The translations under genes were made by a program, and so were the position numbers. From an uncultured Chloroflexia bacterium (lineage in GTDB: Bacteria > Chloroflexota > UBA6077 > JACCZL01): 64,000 bases of DNA. A model generated the notes under the pieces. The model made no database searches. It saw nothing but the letters and a program-made list of their open reading frames with translations, and was not told where the DNA came from. Below, one piece after another: positions 10,435 through 20,312 of this stretch. The stretch's first letter is position 1. Every line of letters starts with the position of its first letter. Location of the stretch: NCBI GenBank assembly GCA_963765765.1, contig CAVXYC010000014.1, forward strand, positions 64,001 to 128,000, read 5' to 3'.

Positions 10435-11070
10435 CTACGCGGTGGTGACGACAAAATTGAACTGGGCCGACTTCCCTGCTGATTCAGTATCTTCAAGCGA
10501 CATCGCTAGCTCCGGGCGAAAAATCCCATCACGCTGATTTCCGGGCTCACCCGCAAAGTACAGTTGCGTAGTGAGGACCCGCGCGCCGGGCGCCTGGGCT
10601 TTTACGTGGATGTGGCGGGTGCGTCCGGGATAGAGACCAGGCACAATCGTTTCGAGGCTGTATCGACCTTCGGCATCGGTGAACTGATGCCCGCGAAGTC
10701 GATATCCGACATTGTCGTATTGCCCTTGATCATCTGCCTGCCAGAAATCTAGAAGCGCGCCAGAAATTGCCTGACATGAGGCACTGAGCACGGTGCCCGA
10801 CACGCTTAGCCGTGTTCCACCCATGCCCGCCTCCAGCAAGGAGGCAGTCTCAGGGGAATTCCGCGTGAAATACGGGCCTTCCGTCTGTTGCGGCGTCAAA
10901 TCGCCTGCGTCGGCGCATTCGGGCGTGAGCGCCAGCGTTTGAGCCTGCGCTGGATCAGCGATCCTCGGAAAACCTCGGCCGGCTATCCAGGTGAGAGCGA
11001 GAGGTGCGGAAATGGCAACGGATGCGCGGAGGAAACCGCGGCGAGTCATCCGAAGTTGACGGAAATTCAT
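10435..11070 (-). CDS. Tat-exported intradiol ring-cleavage dioxygenase-like protein
   Basis: TRRGFL Tat motif; TEGPYF, DFWQAD..GQY, LRG, PGLYPGRTRHIHVK, TTQLYF. Confidence 0.88.
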   Translation of the reverse strand: MNFRQLRMTRRGFLRASVAISAPLALTWIAGRGFPRIADPAQAQTLALTPECADAGDLTPQQTEGPYFTRNSPETASLLEAGMGGTRLSVSGTVLSASCQAISGALLDFWQADDQGQYDNVGYRLRGHQFTDAEGRYSLETIVPGLYPGRTRHIHVKAQAPGARVLTTQLYFAGEPGNQRDGIFRPELAMSLEDTESAGKSAQFNFVVTTA

Positions 11071-11595
11071 GGAGCTGCTCCTCGGTATCAGGTGGGCAAC
11101 GCTACCGGAAACCCACACCGTATGTATTCAATCTACCGAACGAACCTTGGAGCAGCCTTTGATTTGCGAAACAAAGTTCCCATTACGCCGGAGATTCGCA
11201 CCGATACAACTGCAGAGATTCGCGCCCGCCCCCGCCCCTGGCGCTGAATGCGAGGACCAACAGCCGGCGAGGTTCGGGAGATCCGGTTGAGGTGTACCGC
11301 CCCAGGACATCAGCCGTGTGGCGAACTGTCTCGACAATGAGGGCTTTCCCATTGAACGCGGGCGACGTCTCTAGCAGCTTTATTAGGGACCGCTTGAGTT
11401 ATCCGCTCTCATTCCAATGCACCCGTCACACGTTGATTCCATGTCGACGGAAGGCCCGTTATCCGCTTGAAGCGACCTTCCGGGAGGCGCCGTCTCGATC
11501 ATACGAGCAAGGTGCGGACACGCTGCCGGGCGGGCCGTCGAGCCCGCCGCGACTCGGCCCCTTATGATCGCTCGGTTCCGCTTATAGGGCCCGTC

Positions 11596-12369
11596 TCAGG
11601 GCAGGATCGCCACGATCCCATTCTCCAGGTGGACGTGCACGCTGCTCACGTTATTCGCGGGTAGGCTTGAGCTCGAGCTGAAATCCGCCTCGTGAACGCG
11701 CTGCTCTGGGTTCACGCTGATGACCAGCCTATAGTCCCCGGCTGGGATCCCGGTAATGTCGATCTCCTGGCCGGCCAGGCTCGCCCCGTACTTGTCGGCC
11801 CAGCCCCGAGACATCCCCTGGAGCGTCCCGTTGCAGGCGAGGAAATAGCCTCCTTTGTTCGGATCACCGTCGGTGAATCCCGGTATTTGCAGCGTGTTCT
11901 GGATGCAGAAGCTGGTCTTGGTGCTGGTCCGCCGCAGGGACGCCTGGCCACTGTCCGGGATCAGCTCGTAGCGCGCATAGTTCTCCAGATGGAAGTGCCG
12001 GTGCTGCGGGTGGTAGACGAACTCTCCCACGAGGGACTCGGTGTAGTTCGTATCGTTCGGATCGTAGCAGGGCTGCTTATAGACGCGCTGGTACACCCGC
12101 TGCTTGCTCTTGCCGCTGACAATTTCGCCGCCGCGCAGCACGAGCGGCCCCGGCCCGTAGTTCCCGCTCATCGTGGTGAAGCGCAGGCGCTGACTCTTGC
12201 CTCGGCTCGTGATGGAGAGATCGCTGGCGGGAAATGCGCGCAAGTCCGGCAGGAGCTCGGTGGTCCCGGCGCTGCAGTCAAGCGCCGCATCCGCGGAAGG
12301 GGCGGCCCCGAGCGCGAGTGCGCCGAATCCCAGCGCCAGAAGCGCAAGTACCGATAGACGTGTGTGCAT
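11596..12369 (-). CDS. Secreted lysyl oxidase family protein
   Basis: Signal peptide, LPDL, N.GPGPL, HPQHRHFH Cu site, KTSFC, QGMSRGWADKY, GDYRL...VNP. Confidence 0.85.
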   Translation of the reverse strand: MHTRLSVLALLALGFGALALGAAPSADAALDCSAGTTELLPDLRAFPASDLSITSRGKSQRLRFTTMSGNYGPGPLVLRGGEIVSGKSKQRVYQRVYKQPCYDPNDTNYTESLVGEFVYHPQHRHFHLENYARYELIPDSGQASLRRTSTKTSFCIQNTLQIPGFTDGDPNKGGYFLACNGTLQGMSRGWADKYGASLAGQEIDITGIPAGDYRLVISVNPEQRVHEADFSSSSSLPANNVSSVHVHLENGIVAILP

Positions 12370-12702
12370 GAGGCTCCTCGATGTCATATGGTGGTGGATT
12401 CTATCGCTGAGCAGGAACGCCCGATGGGGGAGCCCCGAGTCTCGCCGCATAGGGTACCAATGTAAGGAACGAACGGTTCCCTGGAATGGGGATCATCGGG
12501 AACGCTCCTGAGAGGGTCAACGGGCCATCACCACCGCGCTCTGGGCCGACCGCGGATAGTCTCAGAAACGAACGAGCATTGGTCCAGCGAGTGACTCTAC
12601 TCTGGGCGTCACGAGGCTTCCAAGCGATTGCCCCATGCCTTTGGAGTTGATTCGGAGCGTGGGCAGGCTGCAGAGCTTGGGCCCTACTGCCACCGGGACT
12701 GT

Positions 12703-12736
12703 ATCCGTCTCACAAAGGGCCGTTTGTGAGACGGAT
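12703..12736. terminator. Intergenic hairpin
   Basis: ATCCGTCTCACAAA-gggccg-TTTGTGAGACGGAT, 14-bp arms; function uncertain because it lies between divergent genes. Confidence 0.35.
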
Positions 12737-12908
12737 CCTTCGTGCAGCTGGCTTCCGGGATTCGCAATTAGCTGGGTGTCTCAGTACCCGTCTCATAATC
12801 AGCGTCTCAGCGGACTACCAGCTGAAGCGGCGAGGACGCGCCCGCGCAAATTTAAGCGAGTGTCATTCCAATTCTGCTCTAATCTTCCGCAGGTATCGTT
12901 GTAGAACG

Positions 12909-13577
12909 ATGTACATACTTGTAGTTGAAGATGACGCCCGCGTAGCGCGACTGGTTGCCCGTGGCCTGACTGAAGCGGGGCATCGCGTTGACCTCGCGGA
13001 AGACGGCGATGAGGGATTGGCGAGGGCCGAGAGCAGCGCTTACGATTTGATCGTGCTTGACGTGATGCTGCCCGAGCTCAGCGGGATCGAAGTCGCCCGC
13101 GAGGTGCGCAGAGCAAAGGTCAAGACTCCGATACTTATGCTGACGGCTCGGGATGCCGTCCCTGATCGAGTGCTGGGACTGGACGCCGGAGCGGACGACT
13201 ATCTCACCAAGCCGTTTGCGCTCGAAGAGCTTCTAGCTCGCGTGCGGGCGTTGGGGCGACGCGCCGACGACTCCATGAACGAAGTTCTGCAAGTGGGTGA
13301 CTTAACTCTGGACATCCAGCGTCACGAGGCTCGGAGGGGTGAGCAATCAGTTGAGCTCACCGCCAAGGAGCTCGAATTATTGGCGTACTTGATGCGCAAC
13401 GCTGGCCGGGTTCTGACCAAGGCCCAGATCGTCGATCATGTTTGGGGATATGACAGCGAAGCGACCTCAAACGTAGTGGAGATCTATATTCACTATCTGC
13501 GGGACAAGATCGACCGTGACGTGGCGCGGCCGGTTATTCGAACAATTCGCGGCGTCGGCTATACGGTGAAGGAGTAG
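12909..13577 (+). CDS. OmpR/PhoB family response regulator (MprA-like)
   Basis: LVVEDD, LDVMLP, GLDAGADDYLTKPF, winged helix ending IRTIRGVGY. Confidence 0.95.
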   Translation: MYILVVEDDARVARLVARGLTEAGHRVDLAEDGDEGLARAESSAYDLIVLDVMLPELSGIEVAREVRRAKVKTPILMLTARDAVPDRVLGLDAGADDYLTKPFALEELLARVRALGRRADDSMNEVLQVGDLTLDIQRHEARRGEQSVELTAKELELLAYLMRNAGRVLTKAQIVDHVWGYDSEATSNVVEIYIHYLRDKIDRDVARPVIRTIRGVGYTVKE

Positions 13578-13582
13578 CCCGG

Positions 13583-14875
13583 GTGTTCACACACATTCGC
13601 TGGCGACTGGTCGGCTGGATCATGCTTGTGGTGGGGGCCATTCTCGTGTCGCTCGGGACAGCGGTGTACGCCGCTGCCGAGAGAAGTCTTCTCCAACAGG
13701 TAGATCGAAATCTGGCCAGTCGAAGCGATGTGGAAGGCCCGGCGTTTGGGGCTATTTTGCGTGGAGGCCGCGACCAACGCGAGGGCTATCGCGGCGGAGT
13801 GTTCTATATCGCGTTCGAACCCAACGGTACGATCTTCGCCAACCCGCAGCGCGTCAACATCGATCCGACCTCGCTCAATGTTGGCGCCGGACCCCGTGGC
13901 AGCTTCGTGACCATCTCGATCGATGGTGAGCCCAATCGTGTCTTCATCCGGCCACTTGCTCCCCCCGCCCCATCTGGCGCCGCACTGGCAGTGGGCCAGA
14001 GCCTGGCATTCGAAGAAAGCGCATTGAGATCGCTTCTCATTGTTCTGGTGGGTGGCGGGGTCCTGGGGCTGATTCTGTCATTTGGCGGAGCGTGGTTCCT
14101 CTCCGGTCGTGCACTGGTGCCGATCGAGATTGCCTTTCAAAGACAACAAGAATTCGTCGCTGACGCGTCGCACGAGCTTCGCACGCCACTCACGGTACTT
14201 CACTCCGCCACTGATCTCCTGTATGCGCATCGGTCAGAGCCACTGGAGACAAACAACGATCTTTTGGATGACATTCGATCCGAGATCGGCCGTATGGAGC
14301 GGCTTACGGCCGACCTGCTCACGCTGGCGCGATCTGACCGTCGCAACCTGCAGCTCGCGGTTGCGCCAGTGAGCCTCAAGGCTCTGGTTGATGAAGCAGT
14401 ACATCGCCTCCGCCCCGTCGCTGACGCCGAGCAGGTCACGCTTGCGAGCGCCCCGCTAGAGAAAGACTTGGTCGTTGAGGCCGATCCCGATCGGCTTCAA
14501 CAGGTCCTGATCGTGCTTCTGGACAATGCAATCAAACACACACCGGCAGGAGGTACTGTGACCGTAGAATCTCAGCGGCGCGATAAGGACGCTGTGATCG
14601 AAGTGGTTGACACGGGCGCAGGAATAGCGCCCGAGCACCTGCCACGGGTCTTCGATCGCTTCTACCGCGTGGACGCCGCCCGTACGCGCGACGGCGAGGG
14701 AACTGGCCTGGGCCTGCCCATAGCGAGAATGTTGGTCCAGGCGCACGGCGGTGAACTGACGCTCACGAGCAAAACCGGCGAGGGTACGCGCGCGACGGTG
14801 CGACTGAAAGCCGTGGCTGACGAGCCGGAGCAGATCGGCCGAGAAGTCCGGGAAGCAGCGAAAGCTATACGCTAA
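13583..14875 (+). CDS. Sensor histidine kinase
   Basis: Two TM segments, ADASHELRTPLT H-box, LLDNAIKH, DTGAGI, FDRFYR, GTGLGL. Confidence 0.95.
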   Translation: MFTHIRWRLVGWIMLVVGAILVSLGTAVYAAAERSLLQQVDRNLASRSDVEGPAFGAILRGGRDQREGYRGGVFYIAFEPNGTIFANPQRVNIDPTSLNVGAGPRGSFVTISIDGEPNRVFIRPLAPPAPSGAALAVGQSLAFEESALRSLLIVLVGGGVLGLILSFGGAWFLSGRALVPIEIAFQRQQEFVADASHELRTPLTVLHSATDLLYAHRSEPLETNNDLLDDIRSEIGRMERLTADLLTLARSDRRNLQLAVAPVSLKALVDEAVHRLRPVADAEQVTLASAPLEKDLVVEADPDRLQQVLIVLLDNAIKHTPAGGTVTVESQRRDKDAVIEVVDTGAGIAPEHLPRVFDRFYRVDAARTRDGEGTGLGLPIARMLVQAHGGELTLTSKTGEGTRATVRLKAVADEPEQIGREVREAAKAIR

Positions 14876-15113
14876 GTCTCCGGGGCTTGTGGATCGCCGC
14901 ATTCGACGACGATGTAACAGTCCTCCAACAATGAGCCCGGACAGACGAAAACAACGTCGGGCTCCGAAGGGCGGGTGATATACTTTCCTGCACCTGGGCT
15001 GCCTGACCCACTGCACTCCACCGCATGATGCGTGCAACGGTTTGACCGCCCTGGACATGCAGATAGTCGCTGGAATCCAGGAACCGTCTGGCGGCCAGGT
15101 TATCGGGCTGGAT

Positions 15114-16043
15114 GTGACGGCAAGAGACTTCACCAGCATCGCGGATCTCTCAAGCATGGAGCTCGAGTCACTTCTCACGCTGGCCGCGGAGCTGAAGGCG
15201 TTAGTCGCTGCTCGCCAGGCACATGCGAGACTGGCCGGCCAGGTTCTCGGGCTGGTCTTCCAGAAGCCGTCGCTGCGAACGCGCGCTTCATTTGAAGTAG
15301 GTATGTATCAGCTCGGTGGACACTGCATGTACCTCTCCCCAGCCGAGGTGCAGCTTGGAGAGCGCGAGGGCGTGAGCGATGTAGCGCGGGTGCTTTCGCG
15401 GTACGTGCAAGGGATTGTCGCGCGTACGTATCTTCATGAAGACGTCGTGAACCTGGCTCACTGGGCAGACGTTCCAGTGATCAACGGCCTCTCTGACAGG
15501 GAGCACCCCTGTCAGGCGTTGGCCGACTTACTCACGATTCGCGAGCACCATCACGGCAGCCGTCCACCCACATTAGCGTGGATCGGAGATGGCAACAACG
15601 TTGCCCATTCACTGATGCTCGCCGCGCCACGGGCGGGAATCCATCTGCGAGTCGCCACACCATCCGGTTACGAACCTGATGCGCAGGTAACGCGCGACGC
15701 AACCGAAGCCGCTGAGGCCAGAGGGGTGGAGCTTCTCATCATGAACGACCCCGACGAGGCAGTCCGCGGGGCTGACTTCATCTCCACCGATGTTTGGGTC
15801 AGTATGGGAGAAGAGGATGAGCGAGACGAGCGCAAATCGGCGTTTCATCCGTTTCAGATCAATGGAGACCTGTTAAAGCGCGCCGGGGCCGATGTGAAGG
15901 TGATGCACTGTTTGCCCGCGCACCGAGGTGAAGAGATCACTGACGAGGTGTTGGATAGCCCGGCGGCTATCGTCTTTGATCAGGCTGAAAATCGCCTGCA
16001 CGCGCAAAAAGCACTTCTCTGCCACTTGCTGGGAGACGACTGA
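15114..16043 (+). CDS. argF: Ornithine carbamoyltransferase (start uncertain; ATG 15057 possible)
   Basis: KPSLRTR, HPCQALAD, GDGNNV, TDVWVSMG, HCLPAHRGEE, QAENRLH. Confidence 0.93.
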   Translation: MTARDFTSIADLSSMELESLLTLAAELKALVAARQAHARLAGQVLGLVFQKPSLRTRASFEVGMYQLGGHCMYLSPAEVQLGEREGVSDVARVLSRYVQGIVARTYLHEDVVNLAHWADVPVINGLSDREHPCQALADLLTIREHHHGSRPPTLAWIGDGNNVAHSLMLAAPRAGIHLRVATPSGYEPDAQVTRDATEAAEARGVELLIMNDPDEAVRGADFISTDVWVSMGEEDERDERKSAFHPFQINGDLLKRAGADVKVMHCLPAHRGEEITDEVLDSPAAIVFDQAENRLHAQKALLCHLLGDD

Positions 16044-16112
16044 TCGGAACACGGGGCGTTGTAACTGCGCAAGGTTGGGGATCGCGCTGAGGCGGACGAG
16101 AAGGACAAAACG

Positions 16113-16958
16113 GTGGAGCAGATAATTCAGGAGGTCCAATACACGCTCGGGGTACTGAACCCCAGAAGCGTCATGGACATCCTGATTGTCGCGGCCATCA
16201 TCTATTGGCTGCTCACGCTGATCCAGGGCACCACCGCGGTGATGGTTGTACGTGGAGTGGCGATCGTTCTCCTGGCTGGATTGTTGCTCAGTAACGTTCT
16301 GCAATTAACCATGCTTTCCTGGCTGATCAGAAATTTGATTCCCGCGGCACTCGTCGCCATTCCGATTCTCTTTCAGCCGGAGCTTCGTCGGGCACTGGAG
16401 CAGCTTGGCCGCGCCGGCGCACTCTTCCCACACCGTGGGACCACATTTGACCCGGCCAATGCAACCGAGACACTAGCTCACGCAGCCAGCGTGCTGGCCG
16501 AACGCAACATCGGAGCCCTCATCGTCATCGAAGGCGACACGGGGCTGGGGGAATTCGCTCGGACTGGTGTCAGCATCGATGGCGTGATTTCCGTGGAGCT
16601 CCTGCTGAACATCTTTCATACGGGAGCGCCACTTCATGATGGTGCCGTGATCGTGCACCACGATCGCGTGATGGCGGCAGGTTGCCTTCTGCCACTCTCG
16701 GATATGTCCGCTGCGCCATACTCATCTGGCACCCGCCACCGTGCGGCGCTCGGCATCACAGAACAGACGGATGCAGTATGCATCGTGGTGAGCGAGGAAT
16801 CCGGCCTCATCTCGCTGGCAAATCACGGACGTCTTGTTCGTGACTTGGATGAAGAGAAGTTACGCCGCGTCTTGAGCATCATTCATCCAGCGCCAGCCAG
16901 TGAGGCGCTGCGGACGCTCCTCCGTCCGCGCACTGCCGAAAAGGCCTTGAGTCAATGA
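16113..16958 (+). CDS. cdaA: Diadenylate cyclase CdaA
   Basis: Three N-terminal TM helices, FQPELRRALE, LHDGAV, GTRHRAALG, VSEESG. Confidence 0.95.
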   Translation: MEQIIQEVQYTLGVLNPRSVMDILIVAAIIYWLLTLIQGTTAVMVVRGVAIVLLAGLLLSNVLQLTMLSWLIRNLIPAALVAIPILFQPELRRALEQLGRAGALFPHRGTTFDPANATETLAHAASVLAERNIGALIVIEGDTGLGEFARTGVSIDGVISVELLLNIFHTGAPLHDGAVIVHHDRVMAAGCLLPLSDMSAAPYSSGTRHRAALGITEQTDAVCIVVSEESGLISLANHGRLVRDLDEEKLRRVLSIIHPAPASEALRTLLRPRTAEKALSQ

Positions 16959-18226
16959 TCTCGCGCATTTCACTGAACATCGGCCGGGCCCTTCTGGCAG
17001 TCCTGCTTGCCGCGGCGCTGTGGATGGTGATCCAGTCAGATGAGAACCCGGACCGCACAAGCGTGACGGAGTTTGGCGTCTCGCTTGATGTGGTCAATGC
17101 GCCGCCCAATCTCGTCGTCGTCGGGGAGCCGCCACCCACTCAGCTACGCGTGCGAGTTCCCATCAATGTCTGGCCACGCCTACGCCCATCCATGTTCAGG
17201 GCGACGGTTGACGCAGGGACAGCTACTGCCGGCGCCAACGAGCTGCCAATAACGGTGGACTTTCTCGATTCAGCAATTCGCTCCGCCGAACCAGCCTCCC
17301 CCCGAGCATCTGTAGTGTTCGAGGAGATTCGTGAAGTCAGCGTGCCCATCAGGGTAAATCTCTTGGGCAGTGTGCCGTTTGGGTATACGTCCCAGCAGCC
17401 AAAGACTCAGCCCGACCGACTCACCGTCATCGGCCCCACCAGCCGGGTCCAGCGGGTGGACGCGGCTGTCGTTGACGTGAGGCTCGACGCAGTAACCGTA
17501 AGCGTAGACGCGAACTTCACGCCTCGGGTCTTCGACGCTCGTGGGGTGGAGATCACGGGCTTGCGCATTAACCCCTCGACCGTCGGAGTAGCAATCGATG
17601 TCGCACAGCAGGTGACATATAAGGAAGTAGGCGTACGGCCGAGACTTACCGGGCGTGTGGCATCAGGGTACTTTGTCGACGGCATTGACGTGGAGCCAGC
17701 CGCGGCCACGGCCATTGGTGATCCCCGTGCGCTCGCGGACGTGAATTACATCGAAACGCAGCCCATTGATGTGTCGAACTCTTCGAGCACACTGGTTCGA
17801 CGGATTCAGCTTGCTCCCCCGCGTGGTATCGGCCTGGTCCAGGTGCAACCCGTCACCGTTACGGTTCGACTTTCTGCGATCGATACCACGCAAGTCGTTC
17901 GAATTCAGCCCACAATCCAGGGGCTCACGCCTGGCTACGTTCTGTTGGGAGACGTGCCGCCACTCGACCTGACGATTCGAGGTCCCGCGCCTACTCTCCG
18001 ATCGCTAACAAACCGCGACTTCACCGCGATTCTCAATATGAGCGGACTCGAGCCAGGCTCACACACCGTCACACCCGATGTATCAGTGCCGTCCGGGATA
18101 CGCCTCGAGGTTACGGAGCCGAACAGTTTAACAGTGAATGTCAGCTCGGTGAACGGCGCCGATAGAACGGACTCACCTGTAGCGGCACCTCCGACGAGTA
18201 TCATTTCAGTCGACAGCATCAGCTAA
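16955..18226 (+). CDS. cdaR: YbbR-repeat cyclase regulator CdaR
   Basis: Overlaps the cdaA stop (ATGA); LLAVLLAAALW anchor; repeated beta-rich GY...P...V.G units. Confidence 0.85.
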   Translation: MISRISLNIGRALLAVLLAAALWMVIQSDENPDRTSVTEFGVSLDVVNAPPNLVVVGEPPPTQLRVRVPINVWPRLRPSMFRATVDAGTATAGANELPITVDFLDSAIRSAEPASPRASVVFEEIREVSVPIRVNLLGSVPFGYTSQQPKTQPDRLTVIGPTSRVQRVDAAVVDVRLDAVTVSVDANFTPRVFDARGVEITGLRINPSTVGVAIDVAQQVTYKEVGVRPRLTGRVASGYFVDGIDVEPAAATAIGDPRALADVNYIETQPIDVSNSSSTLVRRIQLAPPRGIGLVQVQPVTVTVRLSAIDTTQVVRIQPTIQGLTPGYVLLGDVPPLDLTIRGPAPTLRSLTNRDFTAILNMSGLEPGSHTVTPDVSVPSGIRLEVTEPNSLTVNVSSVNGADRTDSPVAAPPTSIISVDSIS

Positions 18227-18252
18227 AGACTGTACCGAGGACCCCAGGCTCA

Positions 18253-19567
18253 ATGGCACGATCGATCGTGGCACTCGTCGGCCGCCCCAACGTCGGCAAG
18301 TCGTCCCTGTTCAACAGACTGACCGGGGAGCGCCGTGCCGTAATTCACGACGCCCCTGGGACGACGCGCGATCGACTCTATGGAACCGCCGAATGGAATG
18401 GGCAGGAGTTTACCGTTGTAGACACCGGCGGAATCGAGCTTGAATCAGAGGGCTTGCCGAGCGAGATCCGAGCTCAGGCCGAAGAAGCAATGCGCGAGGC
18501 CGACGCCATTCTTTTTGTCGTAGACGTGACGACAGGCCTGACTGCCACCGACTCTGAGGTGGCTTCGCTACTTCGGCGAACGGACAAGCCGCTCCTTCCT
18601 GTGGCCAACAAAGCCGACAACCTCAAGCTTGCAAAGCTTGCCGATGATATGTATGAGCTAGGGCTCGGAAAACCTTACCCGGTCTCTGCCCTCCATGGCA
18701 CCGGTACCGGCGATATGCTGGATGAGCTAACAGCGATTCTTCCGGAGCTCGGAAGAACCCGAGGAGGACGAAGAAGGTTTCTCCGTTGCAATCGTGGGAC
18801 GACCGAACGTGGGGAAATCGAGCTTACTCAATGCGCTCCTCGGGGAGCAGCGAGTGATCGTGGCGCCAATCCCAGGAACCACGCGAGACGCTATCGACAC
18901 CGAGGTAGAGTACGAGAGCGAGCGCGTTACGCTCATTGATACGGCCGGGCTGCGCCGCCGTGGGCGCATTGAGCCAGGGGTGGAGAAATTTAGCGTGCTT
19001 CGCTCGGTTCGCGCGATCGAGCGGTCCGATGTGGCGGTGCTGGTATTGGACGCGGACGCTGGTGTGACCGCACAGGACGCCCACGTCGCGGGATACGTGC
19101 AAGAAGCCATGAAGGGTCTCTTGATCGTGCTCAACAAGTGGGACCTGGTGACGAAAGAGCCCACTGTGGCCGCCGACTTCACGGCCGTGGTAAAGCGTGA
19201 TCTCAATTTCGTAGATTACGCGCCGCTGGTGTTTGTCTCAGCGCTTTCGGGCCGCGGAACCCAGCGAGTGCTTCCCGCGGTGAAGGCGATCGCGGATGAA
19301 CGACGAAAGCGCGTTCCTACGGCAGATCTCAACAACGCTATGCGCAAAGCCTTCGCTGCGCATCCTCTGAACGACAAGGGTAAGCCGTTCAAGCTCTATT
19401 ACGTGACTCAGCCACGCACCAGCCCCCCTACGTTCATCTTTTTTGTGAACGATCCGCGAAGAGTGCACTTCTCATACATCCGTTACCTCGAGAACAAAAT
19501 TCGCGAGCATTTCGGCTTTGAAGGCACGGCCATCAAGATCGCGTTCAGGGGACGTAGCGAGAGGTAG
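18253..19567 (+). CDS. der: Ribosome biogenesis GTPase Der (EngA), apparent frameshift near 18750
   Basis: Two GTPase domains (GRPNVGKS twice, DTGG/DTAG, NKAD/NKWD) plus a KH-like tail SYIRYLENKIR..FGFEG, split over ORFs 18253-18939 and 18794-19567. Confidence 0.93.
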
Positions 19568-19684
19568 CATCGCCGCTGCACGTGGCGGCGGCTTAGCCGC
19601 GCTCTGGTGAGCTCGCCGCCCCGTCAGGGATAGAGACGAAAAGGGCTAAAGCCGCCCGAGATTTGGCTGAGTCGCATCGACCTA

Positions 19685-20119
19685 TTAGGAACTCGGTGGC
19701 ACGAGCCAGGGCTCGTCTGGACCGAAGGGTGGGGTCTCCAGGAACCACCGTTCGCCCTCCAGCCGCCCCATGACGCGGCTCGTAGCGAGCCAGCGCTCTC
19801 CGCCCTTTCCGGTTAGCTCGGCGGCGATTGTCACGGAACGAGGCGTCCCCCAAGGCCGAGAGTCCGAGATAAGCGACTCACGCTGAACAGCCACGCTCTG
19901 CAGTCGAATGCCATCTCCCGACTGGTGATCCACGAAGATCCGCCAGTCCGGGCGAGCCGACGGTTCTAACACTTGGAGGGCGGAGTCGAGGTCGCGGGAC
20001 TGAATCGCATCCACGTACGCCCGCACGGACCGTTCGGCCGAACGGTCGCGCCCTTCTAGAAGCGGGCCGAGGAACGCGACGAGGGCACCAGCACAGAGCA
20101 GAGCGATCACGGTGCGCAT
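19685..20119 (-). CDS. Hypothetical exported protein (NTF2/DUF4878-like)
   Basis: Hydrophobic N-terminus then AERSVRAYVDAIQSRDLDSALQ and a C-terminal EGERWFL pattern. Confidence 0.55.
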   Translation of the reverse strand: MRTVIALLCAGALVAFLGPLLEGRDRSAERSVRAYVDAIQSRDLDSALQVLEPSARPDWRIFVDHQSGDGIRLQSVAVQRESLISDSRPWGTPRSVTIAAELTGKGGERWLATSRVMGRLEGERWFLETPPFGPDEPWLVPPSS

Positions 20120-20312
20120 TGTCCAAGACTATAGCGGCGTGAAGCGCATCGCGGACATCCACGCCGGCCGCCACCGACTGGCGGATGGTCTCGCGGTACG
20201 GAGAACGGAAGTCTTCTTCAGGAAACGTTCAGGTTTTCCGGTCGATATTACCTTGCCCCTCTTTATTCGGGTCAGTAAGAATGACCGTAGCCGCTGGTCC
20301 TGGAGTCACATC

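Noticed and set aside
14980-15110. ARG box or riboswitch upstream of argF
   Set aside because: No convincing AT-rich palindrome or aptamer consensus seen.
18740-18800. Programmed frameshift in der
   Set aside because: No slippery heptamer seen, and similar indels occur throughout the window.
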